Shown one piece after another: positions 31,648 to 45,027 of a stretch of 64,000 nucleotides of DNA. How positions within the stretch are numbered: the first letter of the stretch is position 1; each line of letters starts with the position of its first letter. The stretch lies in the NCBI GenBank assembly GCA_051294375.1, contig CM119267.1, positions 13,153,081-13,217,080 of the forward strand, in the 5' to 3' direction. Under the pieces are notes generated by a model. It was not told the origin of the DNA. It was given only the letters and a program-made list of their open reading frames with translations, and did no database searches. Position numbers and translations under genes: made by a program. This DNA comes from Paraspadella gotoi. Lineage: Eukaryota; Animalia; Chaetognatha.

Positions 31648-32747
31648 AATTCCTCCCCCCCTATCTCGCCCGCCAATTCCCCCCCCCCAAACTAAATTCT
31701 TTTTCCCGTCAACCGCTTTTTTTTAGATTTGACAAAGAAAAAAACGCGCGCATTCCTTTAATTTCTCATTCTCTCTCTCTCTCTCACTCTCTCTCTCTTT
31801 TTCTTTTTTAATTTGCGACAGAATTTCTTTCTTTTTTTTAATTTAAACTTTTTGTGGTTTTACGTTTAATTCCATGGATTAGGAGAAAGGAAGAGCGAGA
31901 GAGAGACGTTGATAGAAATGGTAAGGGTTCCGTGAGAGATGCATTGTTTTTATTTATTAACCCACCTGTTTTTTGTTTTTTTTTATTTTTTAAATCTTAA
32001 AAATAGTAAATTTTTTAAATCTTAAAAATAGTAATTTTTTAAATCTTAATTTTCTTTTTAATAGAGGCTAGAGTGTGTAGTACTTGGTTTGTGATTAGGG
32101 TTAGGGACTACCATTTAGAGTTAGAGGCTAGGGTTAGTTTTCAAGATTAGGTGAGGGTCAGGGATTGGCTTATAAGTTTAAGTATATATTTAAGAAAAAG
32201 GGTCATTCAAATCAACTTGAAAATAGGCAAAAATTTTTAAATTTTTAAATTTCAACTTGTATCCTTGAAAATGAAACGTTTTTAAACTTTAACCCTGAAT
32301 TCTTTCTAACTGGAACACGTTTATCAAAATGTCTCTCTATTACATTTTCACAAATGTTTTTAAGATTACTAATCAAATTTTTAAATAAATATTATTGCAA
32401 TCGTTTTGGCTGCAACTCTTTAAATTCAGTGTAGATTCAGTGTAGATTCAGTGTAGATCGAATTTCTTTACCATCTATTTATCTAAAGATTTTGTTCAAG
32501 ACTGGAAAACCAACAGAGTAACAAGATTAATTGTTTAACTCTCCCCTTCTAAATTTGCCTTTACCGAGTTTTAACAGAATGTTTACATATAATTAAAAAC
32601 TTTTTTGGTGATTACTGGTGATTACAATGTATTTCCCGATGTATTAGCTCTAATACATCAAAAATTACGCATTGTTAAGTTGAATGACCTTTCCTCTTAA
32701 GTTTAAAAGCTTAAGGTTAAAATTTAATTCTAGGATAAACTGAAATA

Positions 32748-32966
32748 GAGCAACAGCAGGGTTGCCTGTGATTCCCATTGGTATGGGGCATCTCACTGGG
32801 GGCTTCCGACCTTCAGTGACGCCTGCTGTCACTGGCGCGGTTACCATAGGACGGTCTTGCTTTGCCAACACAGAGGGAAGTCGTTAGGACTGTGGATGGA
32901 AGGGAACGATTGGGATGATGCTTTCCCCCTCTGAGCCAATGAAATTGGTCTATCGGTCGCTGAGGC
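32748..32966. mobile_element. GC-rich structured dispersed repeat (SINE-like), copy 2
   Basis: Inverted, diverged copy of 4221-4440. Confidence 0.6.
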
Positions 32967-33026
32967 CTAAGCTTTGATAAATATTCTACTTTTTTTATTA
33001 AATTTAAAAGGAAAAAAATACCTACC

Positions 33027-33071
<45 letters not shown>

Positions 33072-33289
33072 TTGACCGATTCCCCGGTGACCTCTTCGTC
33101 CACCAACGACCCTCTTAAGTGACCTTTGGAGTCACCTCTCCGCCGACCTCTCCAGAGATACCCCCCTCTTCCACCTCGAAGGTCTTTATGACCCTCGCCT
33201 CTACCTTTCGCCCTTATCCAGGCATCATGGAGTTTGGAAAACGAATGTGGAGAAGTGGAATTCTCAAACAGAAACGAAAGACGTATTAA

Positions 33290-33580
33290 TGATAAGATGT
33301 ATTAATTAATCAAATAATTAATCAGTTAATCAATTAGTCAATTAATTAACCAATAATTAATCAACAATTAATCAGTCAATTAATTAAATCAATTTATTTA
33401 TCTATTAATTAATTTTTCAATCAATAAATCAATCATTCAAGTCAATCGTTATTGGTATTATTGTCATCGACGCCATCGCCATCCTAAAAACAAACTAAAT
33501 TATTATTTTAGTTTAGATAGTTTGTATTAATTAATAAATTAATTAATTACCGCTATTGATCGTAGGCAGATCCGACATTG
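33290..33580 (+). mobile_element. HINE-like 3' fragment
   Basis: TAAT arrays followed by GATCGTAGGCAGATCCGACATTG, the family's 3' subterminal repeat; terminal stem-loop absent. Confidence 0.5.
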
Positions 33581-33903
33581 TCCGTCACTGTCATTGTCAT
33601 TCTATTATAAAACAACAACGAATTTTTCCTGCGGTTGACTTTCTCTTTTTAACCCATATGTGTTAATGTCCAAATCAAGGGAGTCGAGCTCGGACAACTT
33701 TTCCACTTTAAAATTTTAATTAAGAGTAAAGAACCCAATGATTTTTTTATCACCCAAGCACGAACCATTCGAAACTTTAGTTTCATCCTATTGCCAAACA
33801 TTTCTTTCTATTTGATGTTCTTTTCAAATTTTTAACTTGGGGAAACAAAAATAATGCAATCTGATATCCTCCTAAAAACAGCATCGCAAGAACCAACCAA
33901 CTA

Positions 33904-34573
33904 CAGGGGTGGGACCTTATAATGAGACAAAACTTAACGACCTTCCCTGTCTGAACGATTTGAGATACAATAATAAATTTATTTAACCCACATTCAGGGG
34001 CGGCGAGAGGGGAGGTTTCATTTGCCTCAGGCGGTGGGCCCGGGCCCCCCTGAGAAGAGAGAAAAAAGTAGGAAAGAAAGAAAGAATAAAAAAGAAGAAA
34101 AAAAGAAAAGAAGAAGGAAAAAAAATAAGAGGAGGCAGAAGTTTGAGCACTGGAGCAATTCTCAAAGCAGAAAGTCGGTAATCGAAAACTAAAAACTAAA
34201 ATTATGGAGAGCAGAGGTAGCCCTACCAGGGGGCCAGTGGGGGGGCCCGCCATTTCTCTCGCCGCCCCTGCACATATTACCAGAAGCATTATAATACTAC
34301 AAATAAGTACTTCCAAAATATTTTTAACTGTTATGTATTAGAATGAGATTAAACATTATTAAGTATTCAAATTTTTTTTCTTCCAAACCGCGCGGAGAAA
34401 ACTGAGCAGTTGACTTTGCTGCATCAAAAAAAGCATAATATCAAAACAATTAATATATTTTCTAAAAGCTAAGAGAGAGTTTTATACGAATATTCATTGA
34501 AATTTAAAAAATCATTAAAAGTTTTAGAGTAATGATTTTTTAAATTTTGTCTCGATATATGGTCCCACCCCTG
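33904..34573. mobile_element. Tc1/mariner-type MITE, second copy (inverted, internally deleted, with nested insertion)
   Basis: TA-CAGGGGTGGGACCTTATAATGAGACAAAA ... TTTTGTCTCGATATATGGTCCCACCCCTG-TA; 34275-34573 is the reverse complement of ~10791-11080. Confidence 0.78.
33995..34270. mobile_element. hAT-like MITE nested in the mariner-type MITE
   Basis: Perfect 15-bp TIR CAGGGGCGGCGAGAG / CTCTCGCCGCCCCTG with GGGCCC subterminal motifs. The TSD is imperfect (cccacatt / cacatatt), so the superfamily is tentative. Confidence 0.6.
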
Positions 34574-35134
34574 TATATATCGATTTTCCTCTCCGAACGC
34601 ATCAAACTGAAAATATCTTTGTTCCTCCCTCCCCCTCTCCTTTCCGAAACAAAAGAGCATCGCTTTCGCCCCTAAAATCGAGACCGGAATCTGGTTTTCG
34701 TGACGTTGATTGGCCGAGAAGAGGGCGACCCCGAGAGGTCAAAGCCCTGGGTCTACTCCAGCCTATTTCCCTCATTTGCCATCAAAAAATCCGACCAACT
34801 CAGGCCAAGGCGATCTTTTTCCCACCCAAAAACCGAATTTTCTGTCCGATATATTCCCGGTTTTTTTTTCCCTTTTTTTTCTTTTTCTGTCAATTTTATC
34901 GTTTTTATTACTTTTTCTCTTTCTTCATATCGCGCGCGATTTTATCGAAAAATACACAGTGAAGGCGAAAACGTTTTTGGAGGTTCGATCGACAATTATT
35001 TTCTTTTGTTTTCTCTTTTTTGCCGGGACGTCGCTGCTGACGACAAAATTGAACGTCGAGGGTGAATGGCGAATTTTGGTTGTCGGTGCTTAGAGGGGCC
35101 ACGGTCAAGCGGCCGACCTTTTAAACCCCTAATA

Positions 35135-35254
<120 letters not shown>

Positions 35255-35796
35255 GGTTTTTTTTCCAGAGCCTCAATTTTCGCTCAAAAACCGAGGATCT
35301 CTTTGCTGCTGCCAACGCCATTATCCAAATGGCCGTCTCTCCTTTGATCTCGTCCGGTTTACCTTACCCATTGTCTCCCCCACCATTTCCCTCCCATCCC
35401 ACCACACCCCCCACCACCGACCGTTTTCTCTTCGCCATCCAAACCTCCTCTTTTTCGATTTCCTCTTTTGCCTCCGAATTCGCTCTTTCCATTTCCCAAT
35501 CTGTCCCTAGAGTCTCCGGGTCAAACAACGAGCGTCCGTCGCTTAGCAACCGAACGTTCGTTCGTCGCTAAGCGACGGAACGTTTGTCTTTTTTTTGCTC
35601 GACTTTTAGCTGACGCTTCTTTGTTGACGTTAATATAATTTCGCTCTTCGAAAGGATAAAAAATGTTGAGAGAGTTGTCCGGTTTTATTTCATTCTTATA
35701 ACGAAAAACAACGGTCTCTATGGGCTAAATGTGGGTTGTTTTTGTTTGATTTGTCATATAATCAGCGGGTGTTAGTTACCATTCGTTGTTTGTTTC

Positions 35797-35858
<62 letters not shown>

Positions 35859-36354
35859 TAAAAGTACTTTCATTGTCGTGACAATTTCCTATCCTACATC
35901 CTCCCTCTCTTTGATAACCAAGAGGTCAAATCTTCTTTTCCGACTTCGTTATATCCCACTTCGTTATTTCCGACCTCGTTATTTACGATATCGCGCTTCC
36001 ATCACAACTTATCCAATTTTAAATAAAGTTCTTGTTTCTTCCTCGAAAATTAATTAAATAGAAAGGTGATTTAAAGATCTAACTTATACTCCGATACTTT
36101 CGCACAACTTTTTTTTACTTTCTCCCACCTTTAAAATCTTTCACCCTAACTTTTCTATCGCTCTAGTATTAACATTGTTATCAGTTGTTGTTTTTTTTTA
36201 CTTTCTTTCTTCCCGTTTTTACCCTCGAATCTCCCTTTCACAGAAATATTCTGTGTTGTATATGGTTTTCTGTCCATTTTTATTCCCTGTCCGTTTTTGT
36301 TTTATCGCTTCTCTTCCTTGTTTTTCCATCCATTTTTAGTTTTATCTGTTCTTT

Positions 36355-36414
<60 letters not shown>

Positions 36415-36810
36415 AGAGTTGAGCCCGCGATTATTTTTTTCCCACGAATATTTTTGCGGCCTTCGCAGTTTTTTGTTTCTATTTTTGTACATTTCGACTG
36501 AAGTAACTCATTAAGGTTACAGCCTTCAGTGAACTCAATGATTTTCGCTTACATTGGCTTAGAATACATGTCATTACATTAGGCGACTTGGTCGAGTTGT
36601 ACATTGTACAATGTACATATACTTGATCGAACATGTTGAAGAAACCATTGATAAAACTAAAGTCAGAGTTAGCACTATGTAAATCAAAAAAACTTTGCTT
36701 GTACCTATGTTCAAATTTTAGGATTGACAAAATTTGAATATTGAAGTTAGTGAAGTCATTGAGATTTTTTAATCAGTTAATTTTTTAGCCTAACTCATTG
36801 ACGCGAAACA

Positions 36811-36871
<61 letters not shown>

Positions 36872-37319
36872 TTCTCTCTCGTTTATGCCTCAAACGTTGC
36901 CAATTAGCTCGCGCGCGTCTCACGGGAATTCGCGACGACCCGACGCCGACTTTTCCCACCCGGTTAATTGGCTGACATCTTATTCGCGCGTCGCCCGCTA
37001 ATTGCCCGACATTTGTTATGGTCGGGGATTCTTTTTTTTTTTGTCGGGCCAAGTCGGTAGAAAAAAAGGGCGGCTTTCGGGGTAAACAAGGAATAGCTGT
37101 TCCACAAATATATCATCTTAGTGTACATTTGGGACATTTTGAACGAATTCCCATCGCGGCCGTTTGTAAAATTTTCAAGAGCATTAATTTTTTGTTTTGC
37201 TTTTTTGTTTTGTTTTTTATTTTTGTTTTTTGTTAGTTTTTTTAATTTTTTTTTTGTCGTCGTTTTTTCCCCGACTCTTGATTTATTCTTCATCTGTCAC
37301 TCGCGTCTACCTTTTCGTT

Positions 37320-37396
<77 letters not shown>

Positions 37397-37970
37397 TTTC
37401 GTCGTTTCTCTCCTTCTCCCTCAATTGAACCTCCCTCCTCCTTTCTCCCGCGTCCCTTCTTTTTCCGCCCTCACACATTTCCTTCCATGAAACGCATTCA
37501 AGAGGAAGCGTTAGGCTCGTTTTTCTGTCGAATACTGATTGATGCTCGCAACCAATCTTTCCCCACCCAAAACTTTTGCTTAAGCCGCGCCCTACCTTTC
37601 TACCGACGCTCCCTTTCCCAACTTAGCTGCCTCCGCCGCAGCCGCAGCCGCCGTCCCCGCTGATTTCCCGCGCGTTTTTGGCCGCGAACCACGTTCCCTT
37701 CCACCTCGACGGGTTCTCTTCGTGAAAAACTTTCGTAGGTCTAGGATTCCTTACCTTTTCTCTTTTTTACCTTTTTTATTTCCTTTCTTTTCCCCCCTTT
37801 TCCTTACCTTTAAGATTCATTTTATTTTTTTATTCTCGATCCTGTCGTAAACCAATCTGAGCCCTGTTTTTCTTTTTCAATCGTCTTCTTTTCTTTTTCT
37901 TTCTTTTTTGTATTCTCGACCCCAACTCTTCCCTTTTCTCCTCCCNNNNNNNNNNNNNNNNNNNNNNNNN

Positions 37971-38512
37971 TTACTTTCTATTCTATCTTTTAAAAGAGAG
38001 AGAAGAGAGAGAGCGAGAGAGAGCGCATTATTTCCTAAGTAGGAAAATGAAAAATAGTGTTCATTCATATCCTAATGACGACGCAAGTCCGGAAAAAAAA
38101 ATTTAGGAAATTTTAAGAAAATATTTTTAAGTACCTTTTTAAGCGGTGAAAAAATGGGGAAAAAGGAGGGTGAGAGAAAGGAATGTGGAGAAAAGAAAGA
38201 AAGAAAGAAAAGAAAGAAAGAAAGAAAGAAAGACTAAAGATCTTGGAAGTCTTAAGGGATTTACATTAGTTTGAAAAGTTTGGGAACAACAGAAACGGAA
38301 GCAAAAAAAAGCAAAGAAAGTTTTTTGAACTAGAATATATTTTTTTTCTTTTTGAAAATAATTATATTTTTTAAAAAAGAATATGAGAATCGCGATAATT
38401 TTCAAGATTTATGATTAAAGTTTAATCTTCCCGAAGACAAGAACTTCCGCGAAAATTTAAAATAGTCTTCATCAAATTTATTTCAGTGATAAAAAAACAA
38501 TGAGATGGAGAA

Positions 38513-38581
<69 letters not shown>

Positions 38582-38879
38582 GAGAGTGAGAGAGTGAAGA
38601 GTGAAAGAGAGATAGACAAATCCTCAGCGTCATAAAGTTTACATTCTTCTCTAAAATTCATTTTCCTAATTTAAAATTTCGAATTAATCCATTTCATTTT
38701 TTTATTTTTTTTCTCTCGCTAATATTTTTTTTTATTTTTTCGCCCAATTTTTTATTTGTGTGTGTGTATTTTTTGTGTGGTTCAGTGGATAATGCCCAGG
38801 ACGACAATTCGACCGATCCCGAATTACGAATCTCGCGGCAATCGAAATCGCGCCTCGCCGTGGTTAACCTTTTGTTATC

Positions 38880-38934
<55 letters not shown>

Positions 38935-40216
38935 TCTCTCCTCTCTCTCTCTCTCTCTAAATTTGTTCTTCACAAAAAACCAAAAAAAATCATGCGACTT
39001 CGTAAAAATGTATTCTTTCCATTTTGTATAAATATCAAAGCATTTTTTGAATCCGAGAATAGCGGTAGCCGACCAAATTCAATTATAATGGGAACAGTAA
39101 TTAAACGAAATCCATTATTGGTATTAGTTATTGTATTAAAATATTTTTTGCAAAATGTTTCAAAAATTATTATTTTGTTCATACAATGTAAATTTTTTTT
39201 GGAATATTTTAATTTTTTTATTGATTCTGATAGAGCTTAAAAAGTTAAGCAAAAAAATGTAATTACAACGTTTTAAAATTTTGATGTTTTATTACTGAAA
39301 ATGAGCAAAAACTACTAAAATCATCGGATCATGATAATGATGATGTTGATTAATGAGGATGATTTTTTAAGATTTTTTTCATTTTGACCTAGATATCATC
39401 AAATGTTGAAAAATAATTATACTTTGTGTAGACAATTTTTTATTAGATATCTGAATCTGCATTTAAAATATTAAATTCCAAAAAACTTTTTATCTAGTAT
39501 CTATAAATAAATATTAAAAAATAATTACTAGTGCTTCTGGCCATTTTTAGACAATTATAGGTCTATTGAAAGTTTTCTAGAAATGTATGAAGTTTCATTT
39601 GGAAAAGTTCCAATCAAACTTCTGACCCTCCCCATTTGACAAAGTTTGGTCTACCGAGAATCGTCGATAAAATTCACAATAGTTAACAATATCACACCTG
39701 ATAATAATAATGATAATTATCATAAATCGCTTATCAAACAAGACCACAACTCATTTCTTCATCGCGCGATCTCAACTGGCAATCGCCACCAACGGCGCCC
39801 CCCAAGGCTGAGTCCCCCTCATGGCAGGACATAAATTCCAGCGTAAAGAAAAAAAAAGAGGGAATCGTCTTCAATTTTACACCGACGACGTCGCCGAAAA
39901 ATGGTCATTCTCTATTCCTCCTCCTCCTCCTCCTCTTCTTCCTCCCTATTCTTATTTTCTTACTTTTTTCTCCTTCATCTGTCGACTTCTCTCTCCATCC
40001 TTCTTTCACTGCTTTTCCTTCCCCTCTTACAATTTGAGAACCGAAAGTTATACACCAAAAACTTCTCTCCAGATACGTCCAATTTTTAACTTTTTTTTAA
40101 GCACTAGATCCACCGCCAACTTTGAGAACACAACAGCTTGCATGCTACCGTACTTTTTTTATTTTATATATTATTTGTTTCTATTTCTTTTTTTTCTTTC
40201 TTCTTTCTCTCTTTCT

Positions 40217-40259
<43 letters not shown>

Positions 40260-41184
40260 CTCTTTTTCTTTTTTTCTTTTTTTCTTTTCTTTCTTTCTTC
40301 TTTCTTTCTTGTTCATTCGTTTGGCTTTTCTTTCTTCTTCATTACTTTCTATCTCCTCTCTATCTTTTCTCATTCTTGCGGTTAACCGACGGGCATCTGG
40401 CCGAACTTCATCCCACCCCACTCACCTGAACTCACGCGAAGGGGGGGTCATCTGGTGACTACGGTTAACATAAAAAAGGTTATAGGAGCGGGTGGATCTC
40501 GAGGGCGAGGTTAGTCGGGCTTTTTATCGATTATGAGCGAAGTCTCGACTTTTTTTTCCCCCTTTTCTTTATGCGAAGGAATGAAGAGTTTCAGTTCCCC
40601 GATATTCTTTCTTTTTTTCTTTCCCTCTCGATATAAAAGACCTCGTCAACGATGACAACTTCCGGTTAAGCACCTTAACTCACCGAAAACTCACCTTAAG
40701 TATCTCACTCCCGCGACTTTTCTTCCTTCCCTCACTCTCACTTCTACTGACTCCCCATTCTAAAAAAAAATATATAAGAGCTCTCGGCTTGGCCACGCCT
40801 CCTTCGAGGCCACGCCCACTCGTTCGCGCGCTCGCCACTCAGTTCGCCACGTCACTCTTGCGTCGCATATCGTCGCAGAGTCGAACATGACGCGACTTGT
40901 CGTTGTACATCGTACTATGTAACCAGCTGATCGTTCTAAAGCAATGTCGAAAACCCGAAAATTTACATCCTTTTCCAATATGGCAATAAAATTACCCAAC
41001 GGCGATACCCACTTCGAATCCGCCGATCCAGAAAACAGGGCCTTCCACACCCACCACGCTTCCCCCCCCCCTCCGCCACGCCCCGTCGCTACAAACTCCC
41101 GTCTTTTTTAATGGTTATGATGCGAGAGGGCTGTTCTAACTATCATGAAGGGGACGAGAAACCCGAAAATAAAGAGCGGCGGTC

Positions 41185-41267
<83 letters not shown>

Positions 41268-41701
41268 GTTGGAGAAAAATTCAAAATTCGTAGAATGGAG
41301 AAACCATTCTCTGTTCGCGCGGCGGCGGCGGCTGCGGTGGCTGCAGCGGCGGATGGTGAAGAGACCGCTTTCTTTCCCCAGGCGACGCTGTCTCGCGGTT
41401 GTCGTCGTCGTCGTCGTCGTTGTCGTGGTCGTGGTCGTCTTCACCGTTTAGGATGTTCATCGAGGTCTTTTTTTGTCGTCGTCGTTTTCGTCGAAATTAT
41501 AATTCCCTTTTCTTCTCACCATCTCTGTAGAGTAGTCCTATATCCCCAGTTCTTTTTATTTTTTTAAATTTTTTTCATTTTTTTCATTTTTCGTCGTCGT
41601 CGTCGTCGTATTCTTCGTCGTCTCAAGTTCCATTCTTTATCTCTCCCGTCAGCCGCTATCGTACTTTTGATGCATGTTGTTCAGGTTAAGTGGAGAATCA
41701 T

Positions 41702-41775
<74 letters not shown>

Positions 41776-42022
41776 ATGAATGAGATAAAAAGAAGAAAAA
41801 AAAAAAAACCACTTTTTCTCTTCTTTCTAATATTCTATCTTTTTTTGTCTATTTCTCTTTTTTTTTTTCTTGTTTTTTTCGTACTTTTTTTTTTCTTCAT
41901 TTTTTTTCTCTGTCGCGGGCAACAAGCCATTTTCGGCCAGAGTCGCTCGTCCACTGTCCGCTTCTTGAGAGGCTGAAAAGCCGAGAAAATGCCAGTAACT
42001 TCGAAACAATTGAATTTACGCA

Positions 42023-42110
<88 letters not shown>

Positions 42111-42890
42111 GTCTCTCTCTCCTTTCGTGCGAGTATTCTTGTTTTTGTTTTCGTCATCATTATGTCCTTCACCGGTGGTAAAAAAAATGGTCTTAGGCAA
42201 GAATTAAATAAAATAAAAAATAAAAAATAGAGAGAAAAATAAAAAGAGGTAATTAGCGCGGATTTGTCGAACGGCAGAGGCTCTATTCGCCACGATTCGG
42301 TTTCCGGTTTTGAACAAAAGACTTCGAGATACGAGTTTTTTTTCGTTTTTTTTTGTTTATTGTTTTTTTTGAAAAGCTTGTTGACGCTTTTCGTTTTAGA
42401 TACGTAATCTTTTTGTCGGTAGACAAAAGTACTTTAATGAGCATTCTTGTGTGCCTCTGAATATCACGAAAAATCAACATTGACGTTCGAATAATTCTCT
42501 CTTATTCGTCTTTATTTCAATATTGGACCATTAAAGTACACTAAAGTACACTAAATTTTGAAAAATTCCTCTAAATCTTCGCTTATCAATTTTATTCTTA
42601 TTCCGAATCTCCTATCTCAGATCCGAATCAAATTTTTATCCCCGCTTCTCGATCCCATTGCTTGATACCTCATCTCCGATCCCAATCCCCGATCTTCAAT
42701 CACTCATCTCCGATCTCCGGTCTTCGATCTTTGATCCCCGCTCTGACGTCACTCGAATCTCGTAAAACGTAAATCGTGACTGGAATCATGAATGGAACCG
42801 AAGAAGGAACTCGGAGAGAAAAAAAATTCAAACTCGCGATGCAAACTAGATTTTAATTCCTCACTACCGAATACCGATCAACCCCCCCCT

Positions 42891-42981
<91 letters not shown>

Positions 42982-43049
42982 TCCTCCGCCGATTTATTTT
43001 GCCTCTTTTCGCCCTCCCCTCTTCTCCTCTCTTCTTCTCTCCGTCCGTC

Positions 43050-43108
<59 letters not shown>

Positions 43109-43402
43109 CTCTCTCTCTCCATTTAAAAAAAAATTCTCTCTTCTACTTTCTCTCTCTCTCCATTTTAGCTCTCAAGGGGGCTCGCGCGCGCGACATTTCG
43201 ATAACAAACTGCCCGTGATTCACGTTGCTTCGGAGTGACCTCCAGCCATACCCGCCTTCCCTCACCGCCTCACCTCCAACTCCTCACCTTCTCCCTTTTA
43301 ATCCCGTTCGCCATTAAACTCACCCCTCCGCCGTCTAACCTCCCAGGGGGGGGACGCAAGACGAGAAGAAGATCTCGATCCCGAAAGCCCCAAAAATATC
43401 GG

Positions 43403-43433
<31 letters not shown>

Positions 43434-44763
43434 GTTCTGGGGCCAGCTCCAAGGCGAGCTTTCACCTAATGTTGATGGATGGCCAGGTGGAATGTGAAAA
43501 CGACGGAGAGAGACGGAGAGCGAGCGAGAGTCGGAGAGCGAAAGTTCCGCCGAAAGAGTGCGTGAGAGTCCAGGCGAGAGTGAAAAGTTTCGAGTTGAAA
43601 AAGAATATTTTTCTTAATCTCGCTCTCTCTCTCTCTCTCTTTCGACGAAAAAAATAAATAAACGACAGAGAGCGAGAGAGCGTGGGAGTGAGAAAATTGT
43701 GGAAAGAGGGAGAAAAGAGAGACAAGAAGAAAGAAGCCGGAGTTTTATGAACCAAAAATACAAAATCTGAAATCAGGGTTGACCCCGTGGCTACGAAACC
43801 TTCGTAGCCACAAGTCGAAACTTTTTTATTGTTAAAAAAAAAATAGTTTTTTCGCAACAAATAAAAAATCTTCTTTTCTCTTAATCAAAACGCAACGAAA
43901 GAAAGTCGAAAAACAATGGATTCAAATCAAAGTTTAAGTAATAAGAGAAATTATATGATTATTTTATCTTTTACAATTCTTTAAAAGCAGCACCTCACTC
44001 TCGCTCTCTTCATATTTCCCCTTTCTTCTCTTTCACTCTTCCTCCTCTTCCTCCTATCCTCACTGCCCCCTCCCCCCCCCACTCCACAAGTCTTCTCCGT
44101 CTCTCTGATTAAGTTTTCTTCGTAAAATCGTCGAACCGATGAACAACAGAGACGAACCAAATCGGAATTAATTCGTCGTCGCGATCGTCACGTCGTCGTC
44201 GTCGCTATCGTCTTCTTCATCGACATCTGCCTCATCGAATCTCGCGTACATTCTTTCTCCTCGGCCACGCCTCCCTCCATTATTCAGGACGGATCGGTCC
44301 CGTCCCCCCAGTCGGTGACGATCGCGTCTTTGGTCAGAACCGGTCGCTAAGCGACGTCGTTATGTCGCCGATCGTTTCATTAACGTCGTCGTTTTGTTTA
44401 CCCTTTGTTTATTTACCCTAGCGACGGCGGAGATTGTTTTATTTCAGTTAGAAAATTTTACTTGCGAAGTTTAGCCGAGACGTCGAGAAAGAGAAAATTG
44501 TTTTAATTTCTACTTTATAGAAGATTTTAATAAAACATTCGAATGATAAGTTTATTCAGTCGCCGCGAAATGGAATAATCCTCACGCTTGTGATCTAATC
44601 ACGCTCGTTTGCGATTTCATTCCCAATCGGCGTATTTTGTTTTGGTTAAAAAAATTCGTCGAGTGAGGATGAGCCGATCGAAAAAAAATATGCTCAATTC
44701 TCAAGTATGAAAGCAGTGGAGAAGACAACGGCCCTGACAGATGGTTAATGACGATGATCATCA

Positions 44764-44808
<45 letters not shown>

Positions 44809-44939
44809 TTTCTCGCTTATTTTCTCGCTTACAAATTCTCGTTCTTTGCTTCATATTCTCTCACTGATCATGTTGACTGAAAATAAAACGGAGAGAGACC
44901 AAAGAAAGCATTCAATAGAAAAGATTCTGATTATGAAAC

Positions 44940-45027
<88 letters not shown>

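Noticed and set aside
32090-32170. Interstitial telomeric TTAGGG array
   Set aside because: Only two exact units amid degenerate ones; more likely part of a repeat element.
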